This document shows positions 28,051-37,344 of a stretch of 64,000 nucleotides of DNA, piece after piece. The translations under genes were made by a program, and so were the position numbers. The stretch spans positions 1 to 64,000 of the IMG/VR virus record IMGVR_UViG_3300027734_000045; one strand, given 5' to 3'. Origin of the DNA: a virus. Each line of letters starts with the position of its first letter. Position 1 is the stretch's first letter. The notes below the pieces were generated by a model. That model was not told the origin of the DNA. It did no database searches and saw nothing but the letters and a program-made list of their open reading frames with translations.

Positions 28051-28296
28051 ATGACTGAAACAAAGTGGGTTCTCTTGAGTGAATCAGATGGTGCACGCGG
28101 AGACAACGGTAAGAAGAAGGTTTACGAGATCGTTGTCAAGGACAACATGTTGTTTACCTCATGGGGAATGGCAGAGAAGTCGACTCGAGCATCGAGCACG
28201 AAGTTCTTTGGCAGTCACAACGCAGCGATGTCAGAAGCTCTTGAAAAGCTTTCGGCGAAGACTGCAAAGGGTTATGTGATTGCGTACAAAGCGTAA
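28051..28296 (+). CDS. Stand-alone WGR-like domain protein
   Basis: K.YEI.V......SWG.........A.....K..KGY. Confidence 0.75.
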   Translation: MTETKWVLLSESDGARGDNGKKKVYEIVVKDNMLFTSWGMAEKSTRASSTKFFGSHNAAMSEALEKLSAKTAKGYVIAYKA

Positions 28297-28348
28297 TCAC
28301 TAACCCGAGCACCAAAGCAAAAGACAAACGACAAACAGAGGAGTTCAC

Positions 28349-28525
28349 ATGAGTGAAAAGATAAAAGTCACATTGGAGCTAACCGAAAAGCAACTCGCGC
28401 TTCTGCAAGAAGCAATTTACGACGCAATGGATTCGGACAACTGGGAAGGCGACGAAAAGTTCGTTGACGAGATGTTCGGTGAAATGTACAACACAGTTAC
28501 TAAAGCTTTGAAGGGAGCTAAATAA
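28349..28525 (+). CDS. Small acidic hypothetical protein
   Basis: GAGGAG SD with an AAACGAC leader; 58 aa. Confidence 0.6.
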   Translation: MSEKIKVTLELTEKQLALLQEAIYDAMDSDNWEGDEKFVDEMFGEMYNTVTKALKGAK

Positions 28526-28839
28526 TGACGACTAAAGAAGACATCATGGTAAGCAACTTATCCGAATTCAAAAGAGTCCTGGCGAAGCCTGGAGTCACTT
28601 TGACAATAACGTCATGTGTTCACCCGGTGACGGAAGCAAACCTTCCTCACAAGTACTTGAACGTCACAAGACGCATTCGAAAACTGCAGAGCAATAGCTT
28701 TGTGTTGGAGACATCACCAGGCATGAACGTAAGTTGGGGAGACTACGACAAAGCTTCCCGCTGGTCTTTTGACGAAGACACAGCGACAGTCAGATACGAC
28801 CACATAGTTCTCACATACAAAATCGGAATAGGAGCATAA
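28525..28839 (+). CDS. Hypothetical protein
   Basis: TAATG overlap with the upstream gene. Confidence 0.65.
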   Translation: MTTKEDIMVSNLSEFKRVLAKPGVTLTITSCVHPVTEANLPHKYLNVTRRIRKLQSNSFVLETSPGMNVSWGDYDKASRWSFDEDTATVRYDHIVLTYKIGIGA

Positions 28840-28841
28840 GT

Positions 28842-29198
28842 ATGAGCGAAAACAAAAGCAACACAGTGCGGACGATAAGAATCTCCGCAGACAGCAAGGT
28901 GGATGAGTTGGCAGTAGACTTCTCATCCTTAGAGGACACTCAAAAGTTGGTTGGTGGATTACTACAGGTAATCGACTTCTCACCCACACTGAGTGCCTGG
29001 ATGAATGAAGAAGGTAAGCTGATGCAGCTACCTGTCAACCTGTCAGCTACAAAAGTCTGGGAGTTCTTCTTTGGATTCTCAGATGTCTTGTGCGGAGACG
29101 TTCTCTTCTCTGGAGGAGTAGACAGCGACGGAAACGTCGTAGGCATTGGAGACCGAGAGATTGCGATGCTGCGAGGCATCTTGGCTGGAGGTAACTAA
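28842..29198 (+). CDS. DUF3846-like protein
   Basis: LE..Q.LVGG...NEEGKL..LPVN..AT...GDV. Confidence 0.8.
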   Translation: MSENKSNTVRTIRISADSKVDELAVDFSSLEDTQKLVGGLLQVIDFSPTLSAWMNEEGKLMQLPVNLSATKVWEFFFGFSDVLCGDVLFSGGVDSDGNVVGIGDREIAMLRGILAGGN

Positions 29199-29494
29199 TG
29201 AAGCTGCGTAAAGAAGTGAAGACGTTTTACGGAGACGTCGAAGTCGCGAACGCTGAAGCGCTATCACACATCGCAGATGTCTCTGGAGCGCAGATGAGAC
29301 ACTGGCTCAAGGATGCAAGGTATTCGGATGGCAGACCGCAACCAGTCATCGTAGAGAACTCTAAGAGCATCTACTACAATCTCAACGAAGTGATGCAGTG
29401 GCTTGAGCCTCTCATTGCCAAGACGCGAAGTCGTCAGCTGAGTGGAGTCGGAAGGCCGAGAAGCCTGAGAACTCCGGTAACAAAGCAGTTATAA
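29198..29494 (+). CDS. Excisionase-like HTH protein
   Basis: A.VS......W.......P.P......Y...EV.QW, plus GRPR. Confidence 0.6.
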   Translation: MKLRKEVKTFYGDVEVANAEALSHIADVSGAQMRHWLKDARYSDGRPQPVIVENSKSIYYNLNEVMQWLEPLIAKTRSRQLSGVGRPRSLRTPVTKQL

Positions 29495-29588
29495 AACTTT
29501 TCAAAAATCTTTGCTAAATGGGAATAAAAACAGGCTAAAACCTGTTATAATGATTAGGTAGCAAAAACAAACGACACAAGGAGTCAAA

Positions 29589-29882
29589 ATGGCAAGAATG
29601 AAATCAATCAAGATAACCACAGCAACAATCGACTTCGGCGACTGGAAGCTCGAGGCATCTGGTCAGCTCGAAGAGTTTTACGACTGGAGATTCACAATGA
29701 ACTTCAAAGGCGTAATCTCAAGCAGCGACTGGACAACGAACGAGTACTTCAGCGACCAGGAAGAGCTCGAGACTTACATGTGGGAAGAAGTCGAGAGACT
29801 CAACAAGAAGTACTCATCTTGCGTGTTCACCGAATCAACCGAAGAGGTTGAGGACGAGGACTACGAAGAGGACGAAGAGTAG
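29589..29882 (+). CDS. Acidic hypothetical cassette protein
   Basis: Conserved promoter and leader upstream; very Glu/Asp rich. Confidence 0.7.
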   Translation: MARMKSIKITTATIDFGDWKLEASGQLEEFYDWRFTMNFKGVISSSDWTTNEYFSDQEELETYMWEEVERLNKKYSSCVFTESTEEVEDEDYEEDEE

Positions 29883-30015
29883 TCCTCAAAACTTTTTCAA
29901 AAAAGTTGCAGAATGTGCAGCTAATTTGGAGAATACCTGTTATAATGAATAGGTACCAAAAAATAACTGAATATCGAAAACCTCACTACATACACAATGA
30001 CAATAGGAGTCTAAA

Positions 30016-30387
30016 TTGAGTGAAATCAAGGTAGCAACAAAGGCAACAAAGGTTACGACAACCGTCGTATCATCATCAACCGTCGCAACTACTAAGGTAG
30101 TTGTAGACCTAACTGGAACAGATGTCCAGAAGTGGACAGACCAGTTAGCTCAAGCTCGCGAAGCCATCAAGGCTTTTGAGGCTATGGAAAACGAAGCTAA
30201 AGAAGCTTTGCAGTCACTGATGGGTGACGCAGACTTCGGTGCAGTTGAAGGCATCAACGTCGTTCAGACAATGAACGGAAAGTCAACTGGAATCGATCGC
30301 GCCATCTTGAAGGAAGCGTTCCCAGACGCATACACTGCAACTTACTGGGAGAAGCCAACCCGCTGGTTCAAGGTTCTCTCCAAGTAA
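30016..30387 (+). CDS. Hypothetical protein resembling the C-terminal part of YqaJ-type recombinases
   Basis: Coiled coil, then MGDA...ID...LKE.FPD.Y.......R.F.V; TTG start with AGGAG SD. Confidence 0.55.
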   Translation: MSEIKVATKATKVTTTVVSSSTVATTKVVVDLTGTDVQKWTDQLAQAREAIKAFEAMENEAKEALQSLMGDADFGAVEGINVVQTMNGKSTGIDRAILKEAFPDAYTATYWEKPTRWFKVLSK

Positions 30388-30393
30388 TCTGAG

Positions 30394-30433
30394 GAGGTTG
30401 CCTGACGGCGAAAGCCGTCAGGTACCTGCCTCC
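30394..30433 (+). terminator. Strong stem-loop with GAAA tetraloop
   Basis: CCTGACGGC-GAAA-GCCGTCAGG; no U-tract on the plus strand. Confidence 0.55.
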
Positions 30434-30526
30434 AAAAAAGTTTTGCAAATGTGCAGCATAGAGCACGAAAACCTGTTATAATCGAACTACGGTGAAAACC
30501 AAATACAAAAAGACGAAGGAGTTCAA

Positions 30527-30976
30527 ATGAACGAAACGACAAAGAACAAAAAAGCAATGTACATGGAGTTCCAAACTGGAAACTTCATAGTTCAAATGCT
30601 AATCACACCAGAAGGTGAGAGACTGGGGAGCACAGTTCCATTAGTAATCTACCGTCGACGTGTGAGCAACGACTCACCAAAAAGCCAATGGAAGGGTTAT
30701 CCAGCAGTCACTAAAACGACTCTTGGACAAACGGTAGACACAAAGTCTGCGGCACTCAACATCGGAAAGATGAGAGTCGCTCACATCGATTCTCTGCTGA
30801 AGCAGCTTGAGACTCGTGGCTACAAACTAGTGAATCAGCCATTCGTGGTCGACTTCACTCAAGAAGACTTGGCGGATACTTGTGCACTCAAGACTCCGTA
30901 CAAGGTTTTGAACAGAGTGCTAAAAAGCAGAACTTACTTAGGTTTCGCAGAATTACCAAAAACTGTTGCAAAATAG
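30527..30976 (+). CDS. Hypothetical protein upstream of the AAA/vWA pair
   Basis: Conserved promoter and leader upstream. Confidence 0.7.
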   Translation: MNETTKNKKAMYMEFQTGNFIVQMLITPEGERLGSTVPLVIYRRRVSNDSPKSQWKGYPAVTKTTLGQTVDTKSAALNIGKMRVAHIDSLLKQLETRGYKLVNQPFVVDFTQEDLADTCALKTPYKVLNRVLKSRTYLGFAELPKTVAK

Positions 30977-31025
30977 GTTATAATAGACCTAGGCAACAAA
31001 CAACGAAAAAACGACAAGGAGCATT

Positions 31026-32000
31026 ATGGAATATTTAGAGAAGCAATACAGTGGAATCACGGAAGCAATGTACGCAGTCGCAGGACAAGGCGTACACGCA
31101 GAGGCAACAGACTACATTCCAGCGAAGATGGTAATCGCTGCTGGTACAGTAGACGTCAAGGTCGCAAAGAAGAAGGTGGTTACAGTGACAGAGATAGCGT
31201 CACTCACAGGTTTAGTGAAGTATCCTAGACCAAACGGTGAAGACTACTTTGCTCGTCTTTGGGGTGGACACTCAGATGTCGAGGCAGTTCGCAAGTCAAG
31301 AGCGAAGAATCACTTCGTCTTGCTTTACGGAGCACCAGGCTGTGGAAAGACTGCTTTGGTTGAAGCTGCTTTTGGCGAAGAGCTCGAGACAATCATCGGA
31401 ACCGGTGACACCGAAGTTGGAGACTTCATCGGTGGATACGTTCAGACTCCAAGCGGAGGATTCGACTGGGTCGATGGTCCACTTGTTAGAGCTGCAGAGC
31501 AAGGTAAAGTTCTGCTAATCGACGAGATTGGTCTGATCGATCCAAAGGTGCTTTCGCTGGTGTACGGTCTGATGGATGGACGTGATGAATTAGTAGTCAC
31601 TGCGAATCCAGAGAGAGGCACAGTGAAGGCCAAGGACGGATTCTACGTGATTGCGGCCACTAACCCGAACGCACCAGGAGTGAACCTCTCTGAGGCTCTC
31701 TTGTCCCGATTCAGCATCCAGGCGGAGATGTCAACAGATTACTCGTTGGCAAAGAAGCTCGGTGCTCCACAGTTGATTGTGACTGCGGCAATGAATCTCG
31801 CGAAGAAGCAAGCGAGCCAAGAAGTGTCTTGGGCTCCGCAGATGCGCGAGCTTCTAAAGTTCAAGCAAATCAGCGAGGACTTTGGAACTACATGGGCAAT
31901 TTCGAATCTACTCGCTTGTGCTCCGTTTGAGGATCGTCCAGTCGTCGCAGACGTATTGACGAGAGTCTTCGGTGAAGAGTTCAAGCCAGCCAAAATCTAA
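31026..32000 (+). CDS. MoxR-like AAA+ ATPase (CbbQ/NirQ/CobS type)
   Basis: Walker A GAPGCGKT, WVDGPL, Walker B LLIDE, AATNP and ALLSRF. Confidence 0.92.
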   Translation: MEYLEKQYSGITEAMYAVAGQGVHAEATDYIPAKMVIAAGTVDVKVAKKKVVTVTEIASLTGLVKYPRPNGEDYFARLWGGHSDVEAVRKSRAKNHFVLLYGAPGCGKTALVEAAFGEELETIIGTGDTEVGDFIGGYVQTPSGGFDWVDGPLVRAAEQGKVLLIDEIGLIDPKVLSLVYGLMDGRDELVVTANPERGTVKAKDGFYVIAATNPNAPGVNLSEALLSRFSIQAEMSTDYSLAKKLGAPQLIVTAAMNLAKKQASQEVSWAPQMRELLKFKQISEDFGTTWAISNLLACAPFEDRPVVADVLTRVFGEEFKPAKI

Positions 32001-32009
32001 CGCGTAAGC

Positions 32010-32115
32010 TTCGGGTCGTTTTTCTTCGTCGTTTCTCGACCCGAAATGACAGTCGGTTTTTTCGTTTCCCGACTGTCGGAGGGAGGGGACTGTGTCCATT
32101 CCGGTCTCCTCCTTC
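32010..32115 (+). ncRNA. Three-hairpin intergenic RNA element
   Basis: Two perfect 9-bp stems with U-rich loops, then a 14-bp stem containing three G-U pairs. Confidence 0.55.
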
Positions 32116-32214
32116 TCAAAACTTTATATAAAAAGTTTCCAAAAATGACAGATTCTAGAGTATTTCCTGTTATAATCGTATTAGGCAAGTAAGAGACAGA
32201 ACGAAGGAGAACAC

Positions 32215-34074
32215 ATGGCTCACTTGAAAGACGGAACAACAAAGGCACAGAACACGCCACCGCAGTGGTTGCCTGTAGGTGCAAACATCGGTCGAGTAGT
32301 AAATGACTGGGCGAACCGAGGAGACCTAGTTGTCTATCTTGGTCCAGGCGCTGGAGGACCTGCTCCAGCATGTTACACTCCATCTCTCGCTGAAATTGAA
32401 ATCAACACAGACGTAGCGTTCGGAGCTATCACAGACCCGAAGACAATCGGAGACCTATCTGTTCGCAAGAATCAGTACAAGTATCCAAAGGCGATTGGCG
32501 CTATCATGCACGAATCATTCCACGCACGCTTCACTCGCTGGGACTTGGTTGCGGCAGCTAAGGCTCTTCAACCTGATGAGCTTGCTGCTCTGCATTGGCT
32601 GGAAGAGACTCGAATCGAAAAGTTTGGACTTAGGTCTATGCCGAAGAATCGCGCGTTCCTTCGCAGTTGTGCTTTGGAAATCGTTATCGACGACATGCAC
32701 GAAGGAATCAAGTCAGCGAAGTCAGTCGAGGCGGTTGCGCAGATAGCAGCTTTAGTTCTCGCAAGAATCGACGCAGGAGTAATCGATCGCGTTGACGTGT
32801 ACGCACTGGCTCCGATGATTGAGTCGATGCTCGGTGAAGAGCTACTTGCAAGTCTTCGTGAAATCTGGTTGGAATTCCAGGAACACGATGAGCACGCGAA
32901 TCCACTTCCACTTTACGACTTAGCTCGCGAATGGGCGAAGCTCGTTAGAGAAGTAGCCGAAGAAGGAGAAGGCGAAGGCGAAGGCGAAGGCGAAGGCGAA
33001 GGCGAAGGTTCCGGTGAAGGCGATTGCGAAAAACCTGGCAGTGGCAAAGGTAAAGGCAAGGGTAAAGGCACAGGAGACTACGAAGTACTCGTGCAAGAAC
33101 TTGTAGATGCTCTCAGCGAAGCTGCCGAAGACGCAATCATCAACGCTCAATCAGAACTTGACGACCAGGAACTAAGTGACGACTACAAAGAAGAAGCAGA
33201 CATGCGAACTCGCTACAATCAAGAAGTTGCGAAGAACGCCGAAGTCGCTAAGAACGTTTTCTCAAGAGCCACTGGACCAGGCAGTGGACAGGCAACTTCA
33301 TCAAGTCTTATTGAATCTCGCGTGCCAACATCTAAAGAGAGAATTGCGGCAGTGCAGGTTGCCAACGCGTTGAAGAAGGCAAAATACCGTGATCGTTCAG
33401 AGACCACAGTGTCATCTGTGATTCCACCTGGACGTCTGCGTACTCGCACTCTGGTGCAGGGAACTGCGGCGAAGACTAAAAACCCGATGGCTTCTGTTGA
33501 GCCATGGCGTCAAACAAAGCGTAAGCACGTGGACGACCCAGAACTTAAAATCGGAGTGATGGTTGACATCTCTGGTTCTATGGGTGGAGCGATGCAGCCA
33601 ATGGCTTCTGCAGCTTGGATTCTTTCAGAGGCGACCAAGCGAGTTCAAGGAAAAGCAGCAATGGTCTACTACGGTAGCAGCGTCTTCCCGACTCTAAAGC
33701 CTGGACAAAACCTAGACAAGGTGAATGTCTACTCGGCTCCGGACGGAACTGAAGAGTTCGACACAGCGTTCAGAGTTCTTGACGGAGGTCTGAACTTGAC
33801 TGCTGGGACAGGAGCTCGTCTGCTCGTCGTAGTTTCCGATGGACACTACACTCCTGAGCAGACTAAGCTTGCGAAAGCTGCAGTGGCAAAGTGCGCGAGT
33901 GCCGGAGTTGGAGTTCTCTGGATTACGTTCCAGCGAGATGGTGGAGTAATCCAAAACTATCTGAATGGAAAGCCTGGAACAAAGTTAGTCCAAGTTCTTG
34001 ACAAGGACTTCACCAAAGCAGCGATGGAAATCGGTGCGGCAGCTGCGCAGGCATTGACTGCAGCAGGAAGATAA
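32215..34074 (+). CDS. vWA-domain protein with N-terminal HExxH (CobT-like partner of the AAA ATPase)
   Basis: HESFH, (GE)n/(GK)n linker, MIDAS motif DISGS...GT...VVVSDG. Confidence 0.9.
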   Translation: MAHLKDGTTKAQNTPPQWLPVGANIGRVVNDWANRGDLVVYLGPGAGGPAPACYTPSLAEIEINTDVAFGAITDPKTIGDLSVRKNQYKYPKAIGAIMHESFHARFTRWDLVAAAKALQPDELAALHWLEETRIEKFGLRSMPKNRAFLRSCALEIVIDDMHEGIKSAKSVEAVAQIAALVLARIDAGVIDRVDVYALAPMIESMLGEELLASLREIWLEFQEHDEHANPLPLYDLAREWAKLVREVAEEGEGEGEGEGEGEGEGSGEGDCEKPGSGKGKGKGKGTGDYEVLVQELVDALSEAAEDAIINAQSELDDQELSDDYKEEADMRTRYNQEVAKNAEVAKNVFSRATGPGSGQATSSSLIESRVPTSKERIAAVQVANALKKAKYRDRSETTVSSVIPPGRLRTRTLVQGTAAKTKNPMASVEPWRQTKRKHVDDPELKIGVMVDISGSMGGAMQPMASAAWILSEATKRVQGKAAMVYYGSSVFPTLKPGQNLDKVNVYSAPDGTEEFDTAFRVLDGGLNLTAGTGARLLVVVSDGHYTPEQTKLAKAAVAKCASAGVGVLWITFQRDGGVIQNYLNGKPGTKLVQVLDKDFTKAAMEIGAAAAQALTAAGR

Positions 34075-34085
34075 GAGGAGAGCAA

Positions 34086-34226
34086 ATGAAAGAGTCAAAA
34101 AAGTATACGCTGGTTGAGTACCTACTTGACGGCAACAAGGTTGTCTCTGCGATTCATTACCGAGACTTTTGGCAGTTCATGCGTGAGCATCCAGAAGCTG
34201 TGATAGTGAAATCTACCGGCAAATAG
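34086..34226 (+). CDS. Small hypothetical protein (46 aa)
   Basis: GAGGAG SD. Confidence 0.55.
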   Translation: MKESKKYTLVEYLLDGNKVVSAIHYRDFWQFMREHPEAVIVKSTGK

Positions 34227-34447
34227 ATTTTGGTCCTGGGCAACCTACTCCTTCAGGTTGTCCAGGCCAAAGCTCTCAGAGGTCCAATGAGACCACGAGA
34301 CACGGAGACCATAGTAGTTGCCATCCGGCTAGTTCAAGGGTCTCACGGAGGCTCAAAAAATCTTAAAAAATCTTTGCAGAATGGGAATAAAAGCGGAGCA
34401 AAACCTGTTATTATAGATAGGTAGCAACTAAACGAAGGTAGAAAAAC

Positions 34448-34630
34448 ATGGACAAACAAAAAGTCAATGGGGTCTGGGAAATCAGAACGAAGAACGACGA
34501 CAAGATGATTCTCAGATTCAGAGCGTATAAGCAGAGAGACATCAACCTCCAACTCAAGAAGGCGGAGATTGGATTGAAGATTCCAGCCGACAACTTGGTT
34601 GCGGTATTCATAGCCGAATGGCTAGATTAG
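34448..34630 (+). CDS. Hypothetical cassette protein
   Basis: Conserved promoter upstream. Confidence 0.6.
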   Translation: MDKQKVNGVWEIRTKNDDKMILRFRAYKQRDINLQLKKAEIGLKIPADNLVAVFIAEWLD

Positions 34631-34875
34631 TGAGAAGGCGCGAAGACAGAGTGCTGGTTCTGTTGGCCAAGGATTCTGACAGTCTAGAGGGACGCAAGGG
34701 AGTCTTAGAGCTGGTGTCCTGTAGACGCGGTAAGCACTGTGAGATTCACGGACAAAAGCGTTTACAAAAAAGTTATAAAAAGTTTCGCAAATGTGCAGCA
34801 AAGTAGAGCGAAACCTGTTATAATCGAATAGTAGCAAAAACCAAATACAAATGACAAACGACAAAAGGAGTCAAC

Positions 34876-35112
34876 ATGGCAACTGTAAAAAGCCTAATCG
34901 AACAACTTCAAGAAATTGAAGACCAGAACCAACCAATCATCTTTCAGTACTACATCGCTGAACACTTCATCGACCCGGAGACAAACGACAACCTGGAGCC
35001 AAAGCGCTTTGAAATAGTTGCGGAAAACGTCGAAAGAATCGATGGACTTTGGGAAGACATCTACGAAGAAATTGCAACCAACGTAATGGCATTGGAGAGC
35101 GACAATGAGTAA
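34876..35112 (+). CDS. Acidic hypothetical cassette protein
   Basis: Conserved promoter and leader upstream. Confidence 0.7.
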   Translation: MATVKSLIEQLQEIEDQNQPIIFQYYIAEHFIDPETNDNLEPKRFEIVAENVERIDGLWEDIYEEIATNVMALESDNE

Positions 35113-35326
35113 TCAAACCACAATCGAAATCACAACTCAACGCTGCATGTTTTGCGGAGACAACTCCGTGATGACAGTTGATGCGGCAAGTTACGTGGCA
35201 TGGAAAGATGGAGCATTGATTCAGGATGCTTTTCCAGAGTTCGACGCAGCAACAAGAGAAGTAATCAAAACTGGAACTCACGGCAAATGCTGGGAGCAAA
35301 TGTTCGGTATTCCGGACACACTGTAG
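35105..35326 (+). CDS. Zn-binding hypothetical phage protein
   Basis: C.FC...W..G.LIQDAFP....RE...TG.H..CW. Confidence 0.7.
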   Translation: MSNQTTIEITTQRCMFCGDNSVMTVDAASYVAWKDGALIQDAFPEFDAATREVIKTGTHGKCWEQMFGIPDTL

Positions 35327-35339
35327 AGACGGAGAAACT

Positions 35340-35726
35340 ATGAAAGAAAAAATCCTAGTTGAAGGCACAGAAACAAACGCAGCTGCTTATCCAAACGCAC
35401 TAAATGGTCCTTGGACAGCATCTATTCACCAGATACTTCACAACGACGACAGACTCTGGTACGTCATCGAGTACACGAGTCCAAACTACGGTGAAGGCAA
35501 ATACTCTTGCACTTATAAAGGCGGAGCGACCCTCGAGTTGATGAAGCAAGCTCTTGCCGACCAGATTACCAAGGTCTCAGAATCTGATGTCACGGAAGAC
35601 ACTCCACGCTTTGGTTCGTGCACCTACTGCGACCGCAAAGCGACTCCTGCTGGATACCAACTAAGTTCTCTACTCCCTTGGGCTATTGAGGACGACAACT
35701 ACGATGGTTGCCGAGGTTGGGACTAA
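35340..35726 (+). CDS. Hypothetical protein
   Basis: CTYC and C-terminal YDGCRGWD. Confidence 0.65.
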   Translation: MKEKILVEGTETNAAAYPNALNGPWTASIHQILHNDDRLWYVIEYTSPNYGEGKYSCTYKGGATLELMKQALADQITKVSESDVTEDTPRFGSCTYCDRKATPAGYQLSSLLPWAIEDDNYDGCRGWD

Positions 35727-35813
35727 AAATAGTCGAAAAATCTTTGCTCAAATGCAGCTTTTGCTCTAAATACCTGTTATAATCGTATTAGACAAAAAGA
35801 CGGAGGATTCAAA

Positions 35814-35975
35814 ATGGCAAATACACACGCACATTCAATCGAAAACAAAAGCTACATCAAGGCGATGCGCGAGATTCGCAGAAGCAACGCGGCAGGATTA
35901 CACGCCGACAAGCGAACACGGAGAGCACGCACTCGTTCAGCATCACTAACCCGCGCAATGCGCGATTACAACTAG
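35814..35975 (+). CDS. Small basic protein (53 aa)
   Basis: IRRSNAA..H.DKR..RARTRS; conserved promoter and GGAGG SD. Confidence 0.65.
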   Translation: MANTHAHSIENKSYIKAMREIRRSNAAGLHADKRTRRARTRSASLTRAMRDYN

Positions 35976-35983
35976 GAGAAAAA

Positions 35984-36361
35984 ATGACAGAAAACGAAAA
36001 CACAAACGAACTGGTCTCGCTAGAACGCGAGCTAACCGAGACTGAGGCAAGAAGCCTAAGTCGTGAGCAGGTGGCAACTCGAAAGAAGCTGAAGTGGGAA
36101 AACTATCCTGCTGTCCACGGACACATCGTAAAGCACATCACCGAGCTCGAGCACTCTCCTGTAGAGTACTACGAGTGGTTTTGGACAAAGGCACCAGAGT
36201 GTCCTAGTTGCGGTGGATTCATTCCAAACAATGAGAACCCTGGGGCTTACATGGGAGCAATCTCACGGAAAGATAACAAGACCGAAATCTGTTCTGCTTG
36301 CGGAACGATCGAGGCAATAGCAGACTTTTACGAAAGTCAGAAGGCAGGTAGCAATGAGTAG
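35984..36361 (+). CDS. Zn-ribbon hypothetical protein
   Basis: CPSCG...GAISR.DN.TEICS.CG..EA. Confidence 0.7.
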   Translation: MTENENTNELVSLERELTETEARSLSREQVATRKKLKWENYPAVHGHIVKHITELEHSPVEYYEWFWTKAPECPSCGGFIPNNENPGAYMGAISRKDNKTEICSACGTIEAIADFYESQKAGSNE

Positions 36362-36725
36362 CGAAATCAAAGAAGAAATGACTCTTGACGCATTGATGAG
36401 CAAAGTTCTGGAGATTCTTCCGGATGCGATTCTCTCTGAAGAATCTGGAGAAATCGTGATTGCCACTGGGTTGCGGGAAAACTCTCCCGGTGACGTGCTG
36501 ACTCCAGCAGATGTCATCGATGGAGATACGGTATCCTCAACTCACTACTTCACAGACGATGGAACCTACGGCTCCGTCGATGGGATGGAAATCATGGACA
36601 CCTCGGCTTGGACTTCAGAGGACTGGGAACGAATCGAGGAAGCCGGAGACTCTGCTCGCCTCGCTGAGGCAAGAGTAATCTCAAGTCTCAGAAAAAAGCA
36701 AAACGAAAAAGAAGGCGGTAACTAA
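36354..36725 (+). CDS. Acidic hypothetical protein
   Basis: Coupled ORF. Confidence 0.65.
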   Translation: MSSEIKEEMTLDALMSKVLEILPDAILSEESGEIVIATGLRENSPGDVLTPADVIDGDTVSSTHYFTDDGTYGSVDGMEIMDTSAWTSEDWERIEEAGDSARLAEARVISSLRKKQNEKEGGN

Positions 36726-36919
36726 TGTTCGATTACGATTCATGGAAAACCAGTGGGTACGGAGACGATGAAGTTGCAATGACTGTCTCCTTTGAGTGCG
36801 ACAAGTGCGAGCATCAAAACGATGACATGGAAGCTGTCGGCTCACGTCGAAGTGACGAAGTCTACGTTGAATGTGAAGAATGCGGTAAAGAAAACTGCGT
36901 TAGCGTCGGTGGAGACTAG
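36725..36919 (+). CDS. Acidic Zn-ribbon protein
   Basis: YDSWK...CDKC...CEECG. Confidence 0.65.
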   Translation: MFDYDSWKTSGYGDDEVAMTVSFECDKCEHQNDDMEAVGSRRSDEVYVECEECGKENCVSVGGD

Positions 36920-37022
36920 TTACAAAAAAGTTATAAAAAACTTTGCAAATGTGCAGCTTTTTGCTCCAGTTCCTGTTATAATCGAACTAGAAACAAAAAG
37001 ACAAACGACAAAAGGAGCTCAA

Positions 37023-37328
37023 ATGACCGAATTCGCGGAATGGCTAGAAAAGTCAAAGGTAGTAGCTGAAGCACGCAAAACCGAAATCTGGAGTACGGAG
37101 AACGGAGAACTTGTATGCGTAGACAGTAGCTGCATGGGAAACAGGATGTACACTGAAGTCACTTCAAGTAAGCGTAAGAAGACTACTCAAGATGGTGGAT
37201 ACTTACTTGACGCTCGCGAAATCGAGTACATGAGAAACTTCTTAATCAATGAAATCGGAGAAAAATCTCCAACCTGCACTTGCGGCAGGGTAGAAATCAA
37301 AGTCGCTGAAGCAATAAGCGTCAGCTAA
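37023..37328 (+). CDS. Hypothetical cassette protein
   Basis: Conserved promoter and leader directly before the ATG at 37023. Confidence 0.7.
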   Translation: MTEFAEWLEKSKVVAEARKTEIWSTENGELVCVDSSCMGNRMYTEVTSSKRKKTTQDGGYLLDAREIEYMRNFLINEIGEKSPTCTCGRVEIKVAEAISVS

Positions 37329-37344
37329 ACAGAAAGAAGCAAAG

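Noticed and set aside
31026-34074. Cobalamin biosynthesis cobS/cobT
   Set aside because: Family-level similarity only; no CobN or other cob genes in the window.
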